Below, one piece after another: positions 40,461-54,421 of a stretch of DNA of 64,000 nucleotides. Each line of letters starts with the position of its first letter. Positions within the stretch are counted from its first letter, which is position 1. The stretch is from the human T2T-CHM13v2.0 reference genome, Homo sapiens: the NCBI RefSeq assembly GCF_009914755.1, contig NC_060930.1; one strand, 5' to 3'. The position numbers were made by a program, and so were the translations under genes. Under the pieces are notes generated by a model, which was given only the letters and a program-made list of their open reading frames with translations, was not told the origin of the DNA and did no database searches.

Positions 40461-41919
40461 TCTGATCAGGACTATTCTCTCTTTTTTGGGCGGTGGCCCA
40501 GAAATCGACAGCTGCACCAAAATGCTTTAGGTCATGGCCCAGGTCACAGAGCTGGGAAAAAGACTGTGTGGGGGAAGAGCGAAGCTGCACAATGAGAGGC
40601 CCTTAGCTCCCCGAAAGGCAATTATAACTCCAGCAGGCACAGCGAGCTGGCAGCACCGATCCACTGCACACCTCATGGCAAGATGCCTCGTTGTTCCCTC
40701 CTGGCCTCACAGCTCTCGTCTGCTTGTCCCTCTGGGCACATTCACAATTTATCTGAAAAGCACATTGTTCCTGCCCCGGGGATTAAGGCCTCAGAGTGGC
40801 AGGAGTCGGTGTGTGAAAATGAAGGTGTGACAACGAAACACACATACACGCCCCATAACAAACCTCTTCCCTTTGAACAGTTAAAAAAGGCTTAAGAAGG
40901 CCTGTCAGCCAGTGTTTGTGTGGGTGAGGCTGGAGTTTTGTAAAGGGAGGAAGGAGTTGGACCACACTTGCCTGCACGGTGGCCCTGGGACACACGTCCC
41001 TTGGTGTGCTCCTCAGAGCTCCTCGAGGGCCACCCCAGCAGGGGACCCTGGGGGACTCTCCCAGCCTCTTGTCAGTTCTGAAGACACCTGAGAAGGAAGG
41101 TTAGCAACGAATTCACAGCCTGAACCGCTGGGAGTCTTCCCTTCATTACGCCCCCAAGCAAACGAGGCAGCGCCTGTCTGCTTTCCACTTCTGTGTCCAA
41201 GGGGATGAGCAGTCACTTGCCACAGTACCCTGGGTGTTCTGTTTTGTTCTGTTTCCATCCGAAATGGCAGTCCGTGGAAGGAGTGGGACCATGTGCTCAC
41301 CAGAGACATCCCAGGCTTCAGCGGAGGAGCCCCTCCGTCGATATTCAAATGAACAGGCTCCAATCCCACCCCACCTGCAGAGGGAGCCCTGAGTTCTTCC
41401 CAGACTCCACAGGGGTGGGGTTTGGTGGGGTCGGGCGGGCTCTTGCCTTTCTCACCCCATGCCTGCTCCCCATCCTCTTGGGGAGCTCTGCGTGTCACTC
41501 ACCTCCTGACGTGTGACAGGGCAGTGCCATGTGGTACTGCAAGGACCCAGGTAGCCACAACTCCTCCCTGGATTCCCCACAAACTTCCTATCACATAAAG
41601 CGTCTCCCACAGGGTAGGCAGCCGGGAGGAATGTACACCCCCCAAACACAGATAACTGAGAATTGATTGTTGGGCATTTCCTTTGTTGAAATCCTCAGCC
41701 AGTTCTGCAAACTCAATTGCTCCTAGATTTTGTTTTGTTTTTAACTTAGAAAAGCTCAGCTGTCTCCAAACCCCATACCCAAGCTGGGCTCTGAGACTCC
41801 CTTTACACAACCAGTGCTCCAGGACCTCCCCATCCACCCGCCTCCACTAGGAGTTTACCCTTTGATACAATTATGTCCATACCCTTTCCTCACCTTAGAA
41901 GGCAAATTCAGGCCAAATT

Positions 41920-42056
41920 CATTTTAATAATACTTAAGTATTTAAAAAGTTTTCATTAATAATGTTTTAATAGTATTAAATATTTTTAAATAATAAATAA
42001 TTTAAATGTTTAAATGGTATTTTAAATGAAATATTAAATTTAAATAATATTTTTTC
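41920..42056. repeat. AT-rich low-complexity tract
   Basis: Nearly pure A/T. Confidence 0.85.
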
Positions 42057-42079
42057 TGCTGGTTTTATACTTGTGTAAA

Positions 42080-42250
42080 TCATAATTGTTAGAGCTGGGA
42101 AGGACCTTACGGTATTTCTTCACAAGCTCCCCACTTTGCAGATGAAAAACTGAGATGCAGGTGTGTTGAGGCGCTTTGCCTAAGGCCACAGGATCGTAAA
42201 TGGCTAAGCCAGGATTAGCCACAGGTCAGTTGACTTTCAACTTTTCTATG
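42080..42250 (-). mobile_element. MIR
   Basis: 'cactttgcagatgaaaaactgag...ttgcctaaggccacagg...gccaggatt'. Confidence 0.65.
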
Positions 42251-42370
42251 CCATAAAGCCCAGTTCTCAACCCAAATCACTGACCTGGAGCAGGTCAGTG
42301 ATGCTGGTGACTGAGAAGGACCCGGGGCAAGCATGTTCACACGCACTGCATGTGTAGTGGGACTGTTTGA

Positions 42371-42886
<516 letters not shown>

Positions 42887-42946
42887 TAAACCAAGTTCTA
42901 TCCAGGGATGGACAGTGTGAAACTTCTGCTATAAGAAAATCTTACT

Positions 42947-43285
<339 letters not shown>

Positions 43286-43941
43286 AAAATCTTACTGCAG
43301 AATGCTTCCCCAAAGGGTCCCTCTCCTGACTGGTTCTGTGCTTTTCTCCTGAGGTTTCCTACTACTTCCTGCCCCCTCCCAGTGCCCCTCACCATGTTCG
43401 AGCCAACTCCTCGTGTTCCTCTCTGTAGCCCCCTAGACCCTTCCTTTTTAAGCCCATAGGAAGGGGCCTTCCCTGTAAGCTGCTGAGCTCCAGCCTAAAG
43501 GTGCCAGTGGTCCAGCCTGGCTTAATTTTCCCTCCAACTCGCCTTCACTTTGCTGGCTAGATTGCAAAATGAGTCATTAAATTACATTCCTAAATTCACT
43601 GGGGACCAGACTAGAGCCAACCATGGTGAGCAAAATGCCTTGGAATGTTGGAGCTGTCTCAAAGGAATCACAGGGAAATGAATTTTGCCTTATGTAGAAT
43701 TTAACCAAATGGTAATCAGAAGTAATCAAAATGAAACACATAGCTAAATAACAGCTTTCTTTGAATGCAGAAAGCCATGAATATATCTGGCATGCTTTGC
43801 TAAAAATACTGGGAGAGCAGTTCTGAGAAGTAGTCTGTCCCTTGCAGAATTCTTCATGAACTCCTGAAGCTACAGGTGGATTTCACAAGTGTAGCCCACT
43901 TCTGAAGTTATGACTGCACCCTCAGCCAGTCCTTTCCTGAA

Positions 43942-44247
43942 CCAGGGGTTGCACACTTTGAAGCTCGCAGGGACTAGAGTTACAAGAATGCAATAGGCCA
44001 GGAAGGGTTCTGATGGCCTGAAGATGGGGCAGGTATTACTTGGATCTGGTTGATTATGGACTGCAGGCCCAGTGCTGCCACACCTTCTGGTTTTTCATGA
44101 GAAGTTAGACATCTGAATTTTTGTGTGAACTCTGGCTTATTAAAGTTTGGCAACGAATTGAAGTAAAAACAAAACACCTTTCCAACCATAGAAGAGCTCT
44201 CTCTCTGAGGGCATGATTCAGCCGTGGGCTGCCAGAGAGCAACCTCT
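43942..44247 (-). mobile_element. MER102-like hAT-Charlie element
   Basis: 'caggggttgcacact...ttttcatgagaagttagacatctgaatttttgtgtgaa...ttggcaacgaatt...gcaacctct'. Confidence 0.55.
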
Positions 44248-45749
44248 ACGTGAAGGAGAGGGCCAAGAAACACTCAAAAGAAGCCAGATAACTTAGGTTG
44301 TTGCTTCCAAATGCTTCCAAGGAGTTACTCATCCAGGATTTTAGATTTACACACAGTCACATAAGGACGCACTGTTTGAGGCCTCATTCTCCTAAACCTC
44401 CTTCTAAACAGGGATGCCACGTGCCACCTGCATCCTTTTTAAATATGTACCAACCTTGATTGGACATACCTATGAAGAAGGAAACTAACAAGTGTGATTA
44501 ATGTCCCTGGACCTCATTGTACTTGGTCTCAAACACCTGGAGAAGGCCAACAGCACTCAAATCATTCTTCTTTCTCCTCTACCTCACCGCACTTCATTTG
44601 CTCACAACCAGATTCTCTTCAAGGTTGAATTCATTCCTTTGCAGTAGCCATACCTGTCCTGCAACAGAGCTACCCTCTGCCTACATAGGACCCCTGGGTA
44701 TATTCAGTAAAGGTTGAGGTTACTGTGTTTTGCATTTTGTAATTTGTGTTGTGTTTTGTGGTTGTCATACCGAGGCTCACAAGGAAAAGCTTGTATTTTC
44801 TCCTGGATGGGGAGTAGTAGCTATTCCTACTGACAGTCACATGAAAACAAGTTTGGTCCTTATTCAGAAAACCAGAATGGAGAAAACAAGACTCTGGGGG
44901 CAGGAAAAAAAAACTGCTTTTCTCTAAACAAAATTTGGTTAACTCAACAGTGTTTACTAAGTGTGTCAGTAAGCACTCAATATGTGTCAGGCAGTTACTG
45001 TGTGACACACTGACCATCAGAGTCGAGACTTTGGACTTATCTTTCAGGTGGCTCCTCAGAGAGGGAAGTAGCAATGGCCTTCATAAGAGAGGGAAGGAGG
45101 GAAAACTGATTAGGCCTCAAATGGAACATGAGAAAGTAGTAGTTTGTAGGGCATATTTCAGTTTCTTGTGACTATATTTCTTTTCCTAGTCAAAATCTTT
45201 AGTAAAATTCCAGCTCTGTCTCAGCCATGCTATTGGGTATTGATGTGAAGGTCGTGTTTTCTCATTTGAGTCAGAGATTTACTTACAAGGGTGAGCAGTG
45301 TCCTTCCCAAAGGCCATCATGATGGTGGTTGCAATAATGTGGAGAGGTCCAAAGGGAAAGAAATATTAGGATACCATAGCCAAGTGTTTGGAAATCAGCT
45401 TTCTCTTTGTAGATAGATTTTTGCTCTAGTTAATGGCCTTAGAGGATGTAAGGTTTATTTTTTATTAAGTAAGTTGGAAATTTCCTATGCAGAGATGAAT
45501 CACTCTTATAGGAAATATCAAAGAACCATTCTCCTTTCCAGGGTCTATATTTTTATGCCCCAAAGTGAATTTCTCATTTTTGCTCCAAGCCTGCTACTCC
45601 TCTCATGTTCCTATCTTAGTTTTGACATCACCATCCAGTTAATGACTCAGGATGAAAACCTCAGAGTTGTGGTCAACACCTTCCTCTCTCTCCTTCACCC
45701 CCTCCTTAACTCCTTAATACTGTATTCAAATATTTGCAGTTTTGTTGAG

Positions 45750-45990
45750 CAGTATTTCAAACTGATGCTCCGTGAAACACAGGAGATGTTATTGGAGGCA
45801 TTATGAGAACAGTAGTCTTTGGCCAATAAGTTTGGGAAACACTACAAGTTATAGCTCTCTTTTAGAGATTATCATATAAAATGCTTTGAGAAGTTCTGCA
45901 ATTTAGAAACCTGTTTAACTTCATCAGCCACAGAGTTTTCCACACATTAAAAAAACATATAAAAATTATCAGCATTTCTGTTAGTAGTCT
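45750..45990. mobile_element. hAT-Charlie-type MITE remnant within L2 fragments
   Basis: 'aataagtttgggaaacact...gctttgagaagttctgcaatttagaaacctgtttaactt'. Confidence 0.4.
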
Positions 45991-46419
45991 GCATAACTGT
46001 GGTTCAGTACTAACTATAATCTGGAAAATTCTGTTAGAAATGTACCCCTGCAAAATCTCTCCCAGAGGCATTTATTGCTCATGTTTTTTTGTGATTCTCT
46101 TCTTACCTAGACACTTGCACAAGTATCTTAATTATTCTCCCTGCTTTCAGTCTCTACCAACTTAAGTCCATTTTTTTCTTCATTTACAGTTATGTCCTCT
46201 CAAAATACAGTTGTGATTAAACTTCTCTTCTACTCAAAAATCTTCTGTGGCTTTCATACTGCCAGCAAAATAAAGTTCTAGCTACTTACTGTTTTAAGGG
46301 CTCAGGTCAATGCAGACTGAAAACTGACTCCATTTGCCAAGTTCTGAAAGACAGTTAGGAACAAAATTTCTTACAGCATCTGGAGCCAAAGATAGTTCAA
46401 TACAATAAACAAGGAGAGA

Positions 46420-46950
46420 AACAAAGGCCAAGAATTTTCCAATATTGATGACAGACAACAAATCATAGATCCATGAAGTTCAGAAAACACCAACACACTT
46501 AGGTGTATCAAATTGAACTTACTGAAAATGAAATACAAAGGGAAAATTTTGAGGGGGGAAAAAGAGACAATAATTAAGATACTGGTGCAAGTGTCTAGTC
46601 TGTGTTCCTATGGAGGAACACAGACAAGTATTACAGCAGACTTCTCAACAGAAATCATGAAAGCCAAAGGCAATGGAACAAGATCCAAATTCTATACCCA
46701 GTGAAAATATCTTCCAAAAATGCAGGAAAAATAAAGACTCTCTCATACAAACCAAAACTGAGAGAATTCATTTCCAGAAGGCCTACCATGCTAGAAATGT
46801 TAAAGGAAGCTCTTAAGGCAGACAGAAGATGATAACAGAAAGAAGCTTTGATCCACACAAGGATATATGGAATGCTTTAAATGGAATAAATAAGGCAAAA
46901 GAAATTCATTCTTCTATTGTTTTTAATTACTTTAAAATATAAAGTAAAAA
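46420..46950 (+). mobile_element. Ancient L1M ORF1 C-terminal remnant
   Basis: Translations ITADFSTEIMKA and ILYPVKISSKNAGKIKTLS..KLREFISRRPTMLEMLKE match L1 ORF1p. Confidence 0.8.
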
Positions 46951-47035
46951 TGTCTGGGAAGAAGAAGGGTAAGAGTGTGCAGCTCTCATTTTTGGATAAG
47001 GAAGGGAGGTCAAGAATAGATTAGGCAAATAAGTA

Positions 47036-48312
47036 TTAGTTTGGTGCAAAAGTAATTGTAGTTTTGGACCATGAATTTTAAGTCATTATAACTAGGCCAA
47101 ACACATCTTTATTAGCCAAAATAGGAACCATTACATTCAACACATTTTTCCTAATGAGAAATAAGTTTATTTCTGTAGCACAAAAAACCATCCTTCAGGA
47201 TTTGGTGAACTCTTGGAAAGCATTTTCTACCTTCTGCTGGTTTTGAAAATGTTTTTCCTGCACAAAGTTGTTGAGGTGCTTGAGGAAGTGGTAGTTGCTT
47301 GAGGAGAGATCAGGTGAATATGGCAGATGAGGCAAAACTTCATAGCCCAATTTGTTCAACTTTTGAAGTGTTGGTTGTCTGACATGTGGTCAAGTGTTGT
47401 TGTGGAAGAGAATTGGCCCTTTCTGTTGACCAACGTTGGCTGCAGGTGTTGCAGCTTTCAGTGCATCTCATTGATTTGCTGAGCAGACTTCTCAGATGTA
47501 ATGGTTTTTCCAGGATTCAGAAAGCTGTAGTGGATCAGATTGGCAGCAGACCACCAAATAGTGACCATTACTTTTTTTGATGCAAGTTTGGCTTTAGGAA
47601 GAGCTTTGGAGCTTCTTCTCGGTCCAACCACTGAGCTGGTCATCGCTGGTTGTCGTATAAAATCCACTTTTCATCACATGTCACAATCCAATTGAGAAAT
47701 GGTTTGCTGTTGTTGTGTAGAATAAGAGAAGATGACACTTCAAAACAACAACTTTTTTGATTTTCACTAGCTCTTGAGGCACCCACTTATGGAGCTTTTT
47801 CACCTTTCCCATTTGCTTCAAATGCCAAATGACCATAGAATGGTCGAGGTTGAGTTCTTTGGCAATTTCTCGTATAGCTATAAGAAGATTAGCTTTGATG
47901 ATTGCTCTTAATTGGTTGTTGTCAACATCCGATTGCTGACCACTATGTTCCTCATCTTCAAGGCTCTTGTGTCCTTTGCAAAACTTCTTGAACCATCACC
48001 ACACTCTATGTTCATTAGTAGTTCCTGGGCCAAATGCATTGTTGATGTTGCGAGTTCTCTTTGCTGCTTTATGACCCACTTTGAACTCGAATAAGAAAAT
48101 CACTCCAATTTGCATTTTGCCTAACATCATTTCCATAGTCTAAAATAAATATAAAATAAACAGCAAGTAATAAGTCATTAGCAAAAAAATAAAGTAAGAA
48201 ATGCACATTAAAATGATGTATAACATAACCACATTTATTTAAGACTATATTCCAATATCAAATGGCAAATTTCAACAATGCAAAAACTGCAATTACTTTT
48301 GCACCAACCTCA
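47036..48312 (-). mobile_element. Full-length Hsmar1 mariner transposon (~1.28 kb)
   Basis: Terminal inverted repeats (TIRs) ttagtttggtgcaaaagtaattgtagtttt / aaaactgcaattacttttgcaccaacctca; TA at 47034-47035; internal transposase. Confidence 0.96.
47112..48136 (-). pseudogene. Hsmar1 transposase pseudogene (homologous to the SETMAR C-terminal domain)
   Basis: Starts MEMML; contains WIVTCDEKW, KKVMVTIWWSAA.LIHYSFLNPG and PYSPDL; ends GSYFG*; internal TGA stops and small deletions. Confidence 0.93.
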
Positions 48313-49335
48313 AAACTTGGGACAGTTGTCAGGTCAAGATTTTGTTTCAAGCAATGCTGGAAGCTGAGGGATCATAAGCATTTGTGTGAAGACTGGTAGG
48401 CTGGTTTATAGCCAGAGGACCTTCTCTCAACAAGATTCTCCACTTGTGAACTCCAGCCCTTCTTCCTATCTATGCTTCTTGCCACTTCTCTTCCTTTACC
48501 AGCCCATGATTTCAGACATAAGGATACCCTGTTGGAGCCCACATTACTTGCCCTTTTTTGGGTCCTACATGTTACTCACCTGTTTCTCTCCACTTCCATC
48601 TCTACCTATTATATTCCCTTCATTTTTCAGCATCCAGGTAAAATGATATTTCCTCTAAGAAGCACTTTGTAGTCCACCAATTAAGGTAGATTTCTCCCAC
48701 TCCTGTGACCCATGAAAATTTTATTGTACTAGCTATAATAATCTGACTTATATTGAACTTAGCTATTTATGAGGTTTTCTCAAGCTCACTGTAATCTCCA
48801 CAAAGGTAGCCACCATGATGTAGTCATGTTTGAATCCTCCCTTCCTAAATACTCCCTATACGCCACCTAGCCCAAGTATTAATTACTGATGGTTTGTGAC
48901 ATAGACAGGCTCCGCAAAAGTTTGTTGAATGCAATTAAGACTAAGGACCTTTGGCTTCTTTGATGCCTATGTTCTTTCAGGTAAGGTAAAAAATGAAACT
49001 GATTTGGATGCAGTCACAGGGGCTTTTTTTCTCTGGTGTTTGATCTAAGCAGGGTCTGTCCTCCAAGAGTTTTTTAGAACCAGTCAGAGTGTCATGGCCA
49101 TTCCAGCAAGGGAACAGAAGTGCTAGTCAGGAAACAAGGAAGACTTGTGTAAAGAGTCCTGAACCCCTTCCACATGGTGAGAGACAGGGAAAGCCTGTGG
49201 CCAGACCATTCCTTCCAACTGTTCAGCTCCTGGGCTTATAGCCATAGTGGACACAGGGTCCTCATGTTCTCCTTCCCTGGACTGTGTGCTCAGTCATTTG
49301 GCAAGACTACGCCTAGCAGGGCTGGCTTATATTCA

Positions 49336-49629
<294 letters not shown>

Positions 49630-51583
49630 TCAAGATGAAGCACAGTTAACAGAAAAGGGAAACAAGAGTTGAGAGCAGGAGATTTGAGGACAGACAATTG
49701 AGCTCAGTCCTTAAGAGTGAATTGGCCTCAGCGTGGCAGAAAGTATACATATTCCAGGAGCATGACTAGAGTTCACAGGCCAATGAACTCAATGTTCAGA
49801 CTGGTAAGAAAACTAGAGTGGTAGGAGGAGCTGTTCTGTTGTGCAGGAATCAGAGAAAAATAGTAGTCCCTTGGTGTGGAAGTGACAGTGCTGGTGCTAA
49901 TTGGATAGGAGTTGCTATAGAGTGCTGAGGACCTTGAAAAAACTTCACCCTTCAGCTTGAGCACTGACTGACAGCTGGAAAGGGCTGTGAGTATCCACAC
50001 CCTTATTAATATGACCCAGCAATGTCACTATCTTCCTAGGATACAGGCACAGGCCATCGTGGCTACAGAAATCTTCAGTTACTTGATGCTGAAGCAGAAA
50101 GTAATATATATCTTATTGCTTTGAGAAAATAATCAAATCATTTTCTACCATGGATTGTTCTAGATAGAATTTTAATGTAAGCAGAATCTAAATGTGTCCA
50201 CCAATCTTACTCCCCTTTTCTCACAAGAATATTGTTCCAATGATCCCTGTTTTAAAGAGGATTTCTAGTGTAATTATGGGAGTATTTGCCCAACAAATCC
50301 TTTTCTTTACTTCTTTGGCAAGGTGCTCAGTTATCATTGTTTGAGTTTAGTTCAGCTGTGGAATTTTCTTCTAACTGTACTTGGACCCTGGAGAGGCAGA
50401 GCCTTAATGGGGGCTGCCTTCTCCACATCCTGCAAGGATTGCAGAGATCCAATAAGTCAACGTTTACAGAATGCTTGGGGATCTAAAGGGTCTATTTGGG
50501 CTATAAATGTGCTAGGAAAAAAATCCTTGGATGTTCATTACTAGTGTGGTGGTTCAATGTACATCCCATTTTCTACCTTGATACCTTATTAAAAAGTTGG
50601 AAAATCTCTATCGGGGTGAGAAAGACAACTTTTACTTGTTCGGTGGGTGGTTTTTAAAAGCCTTGGAGATTCATTCCTAACACAGGTCTATTCAAACATG
50701 TCAGAGGCATTTACCATTCACCCACACATGCAGGGAAGGCAGGAGACAGAATATAGAAGAAATTAGAGCCTCCAGGGTGAAAGGAGAAATTTTTCTTTTT
50801 TGGCTGTAAGGAGGCCCTTCACACACAGCAGCTGTGGGTGATGTTAAAGGAGAGCTATTGCAGCCCATCTCTCTACACCCACTCAGTGGGGAGGAGTAAG
50901 ATACAGCCCAGGATTTTTCAAACATTCAAGTTTTCACTAAAAATCCTTATTAATTCAAAGCATTCAGCATGACTTATATAGGGCAATCACAGTTACTGAT
51001 TGTTTAGATCTTGTAGAGAATTCAGGATTTGCCACTCAAAACCAAAAACTATAAAGCAGTTGAATAACTATTCAATTACACAGGAGGTCACCTGTCTCCA
51101 AACCCAAGCACCTACTCTGAATTTTGACTCTGAGGACCGATAAGATGTTCAGGTTATGTTAGTAGCATTGATGTCCAGTCATTTGCATTTCCAGCTAACA
51201 TGGTGGGGTCATGGAAACGGATCCATGAAATCATTGCCTTAGTTTTTTACCTTCTTCACATTGCCGGGGACCCTTTTGGGAGGCATCATCAAACTCTCCA
51301 TCTACTGACAAGCTGAGGTGATGGCCCAAGGCAGACCCTTCTTCCCAATCAACACTTCACCAGTTTCATTCCAATTTCATTCCAATAAAACCCAACTCTT
51401 GACTCCAGACTCTTGATCTCCACTTGTTGCTTTCCTGGAGCTGGTGTTTGAACTCAGCTTTTCTTCCCTCACATTTTCACTTAGCTAACCTTTTTGCCCT
51501 GAGAATCACCTGCTACCTGTAAAGGTAAAGGATTCCCTGCTTTAATTCTGGCCCTATAGAAAATGACCTTTGATCTTAGCAGC

Positions 51584-51998
51584 TGTCTTAATCCATTTGT
51601 GTGGCTATGAGACAATACCTGAGGCTGGGTAATTTCTAAAGAAAAGAAGTTGTTTTGGCTTATGGTTCTGCAGCCTGTACAAGAAAAATGGCACCAGTAT
51701 CTATTTCTGGTGAGGGCTCAGGCTGTTTCCACTCACGGTGGAAGGTGAAGGGGAACTGGCATGTGCAGAGGACACATGGAGAGAGAGGAAGCAAGAGAAG
51801 AGATGAGGTGCCAGGCTCTTTTCAACAACCAGCTCTCTCGGGCACTAATAAAGTAAGAATCCATCTCCACCCAGGCAGGGCATTCATCGATTCATGACCC
51901 CTCCCATTAGGTCATACCTCCAACATTGGGGATCAAACTTCAACATGACATTTGGAGAGGTAAAAAAACAAAACAAAACAAAAAAACAGATTATAGCA
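51584..51998 (-). mobile_element. MaLR LTR (MSTA/B-like)
   Basis: TG...CA termini; 'aatacctgaggctgggtaattt...cctccaacattggggatcaaa'; TSD gcagc/gccgc. Confidence 0.87.
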
Positions 51999-53499
51999 GC
52001 CGCCCAGCCTCCAGCCCAATAAAGAAAGAAGGACAGTGACTATGTATGTACCAGAGTAACAGAGATCGACCCTCTCTCTTTTCCCTCCACTGTCTCAGAA
52101 CCTCTTCTTTTGTAGTGACTAACTATGAAATCAAACAATGAGACTGTAAATACTGAGACCACCCAAACAGGTTGCCTCATCTTAACTTTGTCAGTGAATA
52201 CCCCCAAGATTCTAGTGTAAGGCGTCATTCAATGCCTTTACGCTGGTATTGTCACGTACCAAAAAGAAAAGATAACCTGGATTTTGTCAAGCTTTCCATA
52301 CAAATTTACCTTTATGCTGAGGAGAAATTTTGTTCCCAAAGGGTAATTTATTCAAAAAACTGCAAGTGTCTAGGAAGAGGGACTTATAATGAAGATGCCT
52401 TTGTAACCATTACTACACCGTGTCCTGACATTTATAATGAAGTCTAGAGCCAGAAATAGATTCTTCAGGAGCATGAGATGTGTCTAAATGCTAGTTTAAG
52501 TCTATTCTTCTTGAATGTGCCTCTGCCTAGGAGGAGTCTGGGGGCTTCCATGTTGGTGGGATTCAGTGGGCTTCTGGAATTGCCTTTGGTTTACTCATGA
52601 GCTCTCTTGATGATGCAGCAGTGGACAAGCTGAGACCACAGACACGTGTGCTTTCTTTCACAGGCAACTCAGAAAAAAAATAATTACCCCAATTTCTAAG
52701 CAAGGCAGAATGCTAACCTTTCACTGTTTTATTCTCCCTTGAAATTATATTGATTTTGTCTTTCACTTTGTGATTAAGAGAGAATTTTGTTAGCAGCTGA
52801 GATGTGCTGCTCTTATATTTATCATTGTTATTGAATCCACCTTGAAATCCTTGGGTAGATAGTCAGAATGTTTTGGAAAATTAATTAAAAGAAGACTTAA
52901 AAGTTTTTACAGCTTGAAGAAACCAAGAAGGGTCACCAGGGGGATCGTAGGCCCTTCCATATTCAGTAGAAAACTCTTTAGACATTTTCAGAGACAGAGA
53001 ATTGTAAAAAAAAACAAACTTGTGAAGTAGGTGTGAAAAAAAATCATTGTATAATTTTGCTTAAAAATTGTGGTTTTCCAAATGTCTTCTAAAGAAAACA
53101 TACCACTTTAAGAAATCATTTAGTGTAAACTGGAGACGCTACAGTAGAGAATAATCTTTAGAAACTTGTGTATATATGCAAAATAACTTGAAATAAACTG
53201 AGATTTAGAAGCCATAAAGAAAAGTGGATGGGAAGGTGGTTGGATGGTGGCCAGGGAGACATTCTTCTGGTTGAAAAGCAGCCACCACAGGCTTTTGTGC
53301 TGACACAGAGAGCGGTCTTCTCACCTATGAGGATATATGGAATAAGATGCCACAGAGATGGAGGGGAGAGACACATCAATTTCACTTCTCTTGGCAGAGA
53401 GGAAGCTGTACACAGACAGCAATTACACGGGGTAGAGTGAGGCCATCATTCCTGCAAAGAGAGTGCAAAGATAGAAGGGCAGGATGGTGACTAAGTGCC

Positions 53500-53730
53500 T
53501 CCAGCCAAGCCAGCAATGTAAGCGTAGGCCCAGGGGTTGGACTGGAGAATTCATGTCCAACCTGCAGGGGGCAGCACAGCCGGACCCCCGCCAGTCATCA
53601 TAACCTACAAATACAAGGTTGGAGTGGCCAGATCTGACATGCCAAGAAAAGCCAGAAAACTGGATTTTGATTTGAAATTTCACCTACTTTAAGAGGTCAG
53701 CAACACACCTAAAACTTTTTAAAAATGTTG
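53500..53730 (-). mobile_element. MER102-like hAT-Charlie remnant
   Basis: 'gccagatctgac...caagaaaagccagaaaactggattttgatttgaaatttc'. Confidence 0.45.
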
Positions 53731-54421
53731 TTCTGAGGGCATAGAAATTGTCATGAATGCAATAGACAAAGGGAACGGTGTTCTTATCACTGAAGACAGA
53801 GGGAAATTGCAAATCAAATGCAAGGCACTAGCAAAGGCTTTTACGGGAAAACTTCTCTAAGGCCTCAGTGTTGAGGTCAAATACTGACAGTCTTGTGTGC
53901 ATCCCTGAAGTTTCTAACCTCAAGTATGGAAGTTAAAACCAGAGTTACATTAACTAGTGATTAATAACAGTTGAAGCTGAATACAGGATCACTTCTACAC
54001 AGCAAGAGGTTAAATATTTATACTGTTGTTTGAATCAAAAGTTATACTCTGGTGCAAAATTCATAAATGACTGAATTATATGTTTTGTGTCTGGTCTCTC
54101 TCCAATTTGCCTGCTTAACCGTCTGGTCCACATTGTCATAAATCAGGTAGCACTGCTCACCTGGTGGCGGCTGTAGAAATTTTGGACATAACGTCTGGAA
54201 GGAAATGAGTCCTTGTAGGGCAGGACCTCTAACTTATACAATGATGGAAATTTTCAGTGGAGTTGGAATTTCTTTCCACACTCTATTGAGTTCGAATATT
54301 GCTTCATCTCACAGCAATTGTGCTTGCTGTAGGAAGTTTATTCTTTCTGTCTAACTTCACAACCTATGATAATGTACCCTGTAGAGTTATGTAGGGGGAG
54401 GAAACACTTCTATTATATCCT

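Noticed and set aside
41013-41516. 161-aa (minus) and 107-aa (plus) ORFs
   Set aside because: No recognisable homology; GC-rich sequence lengthens chance ORFs. The region is kept only as a regulatory candidate.
47036-47065. miR-548/Made1 hairpin
   Set aside because: The TIRs are 1.2 kb apart in a full-length element, not the ~80-bp palindromic Made1 needed for a pre-miRNA.
47112-48136. SETMAR gene
   Set aside because: No SET-domain exons, multiple stops and both TIRs present, so this is a dead Hsmar1 copy.
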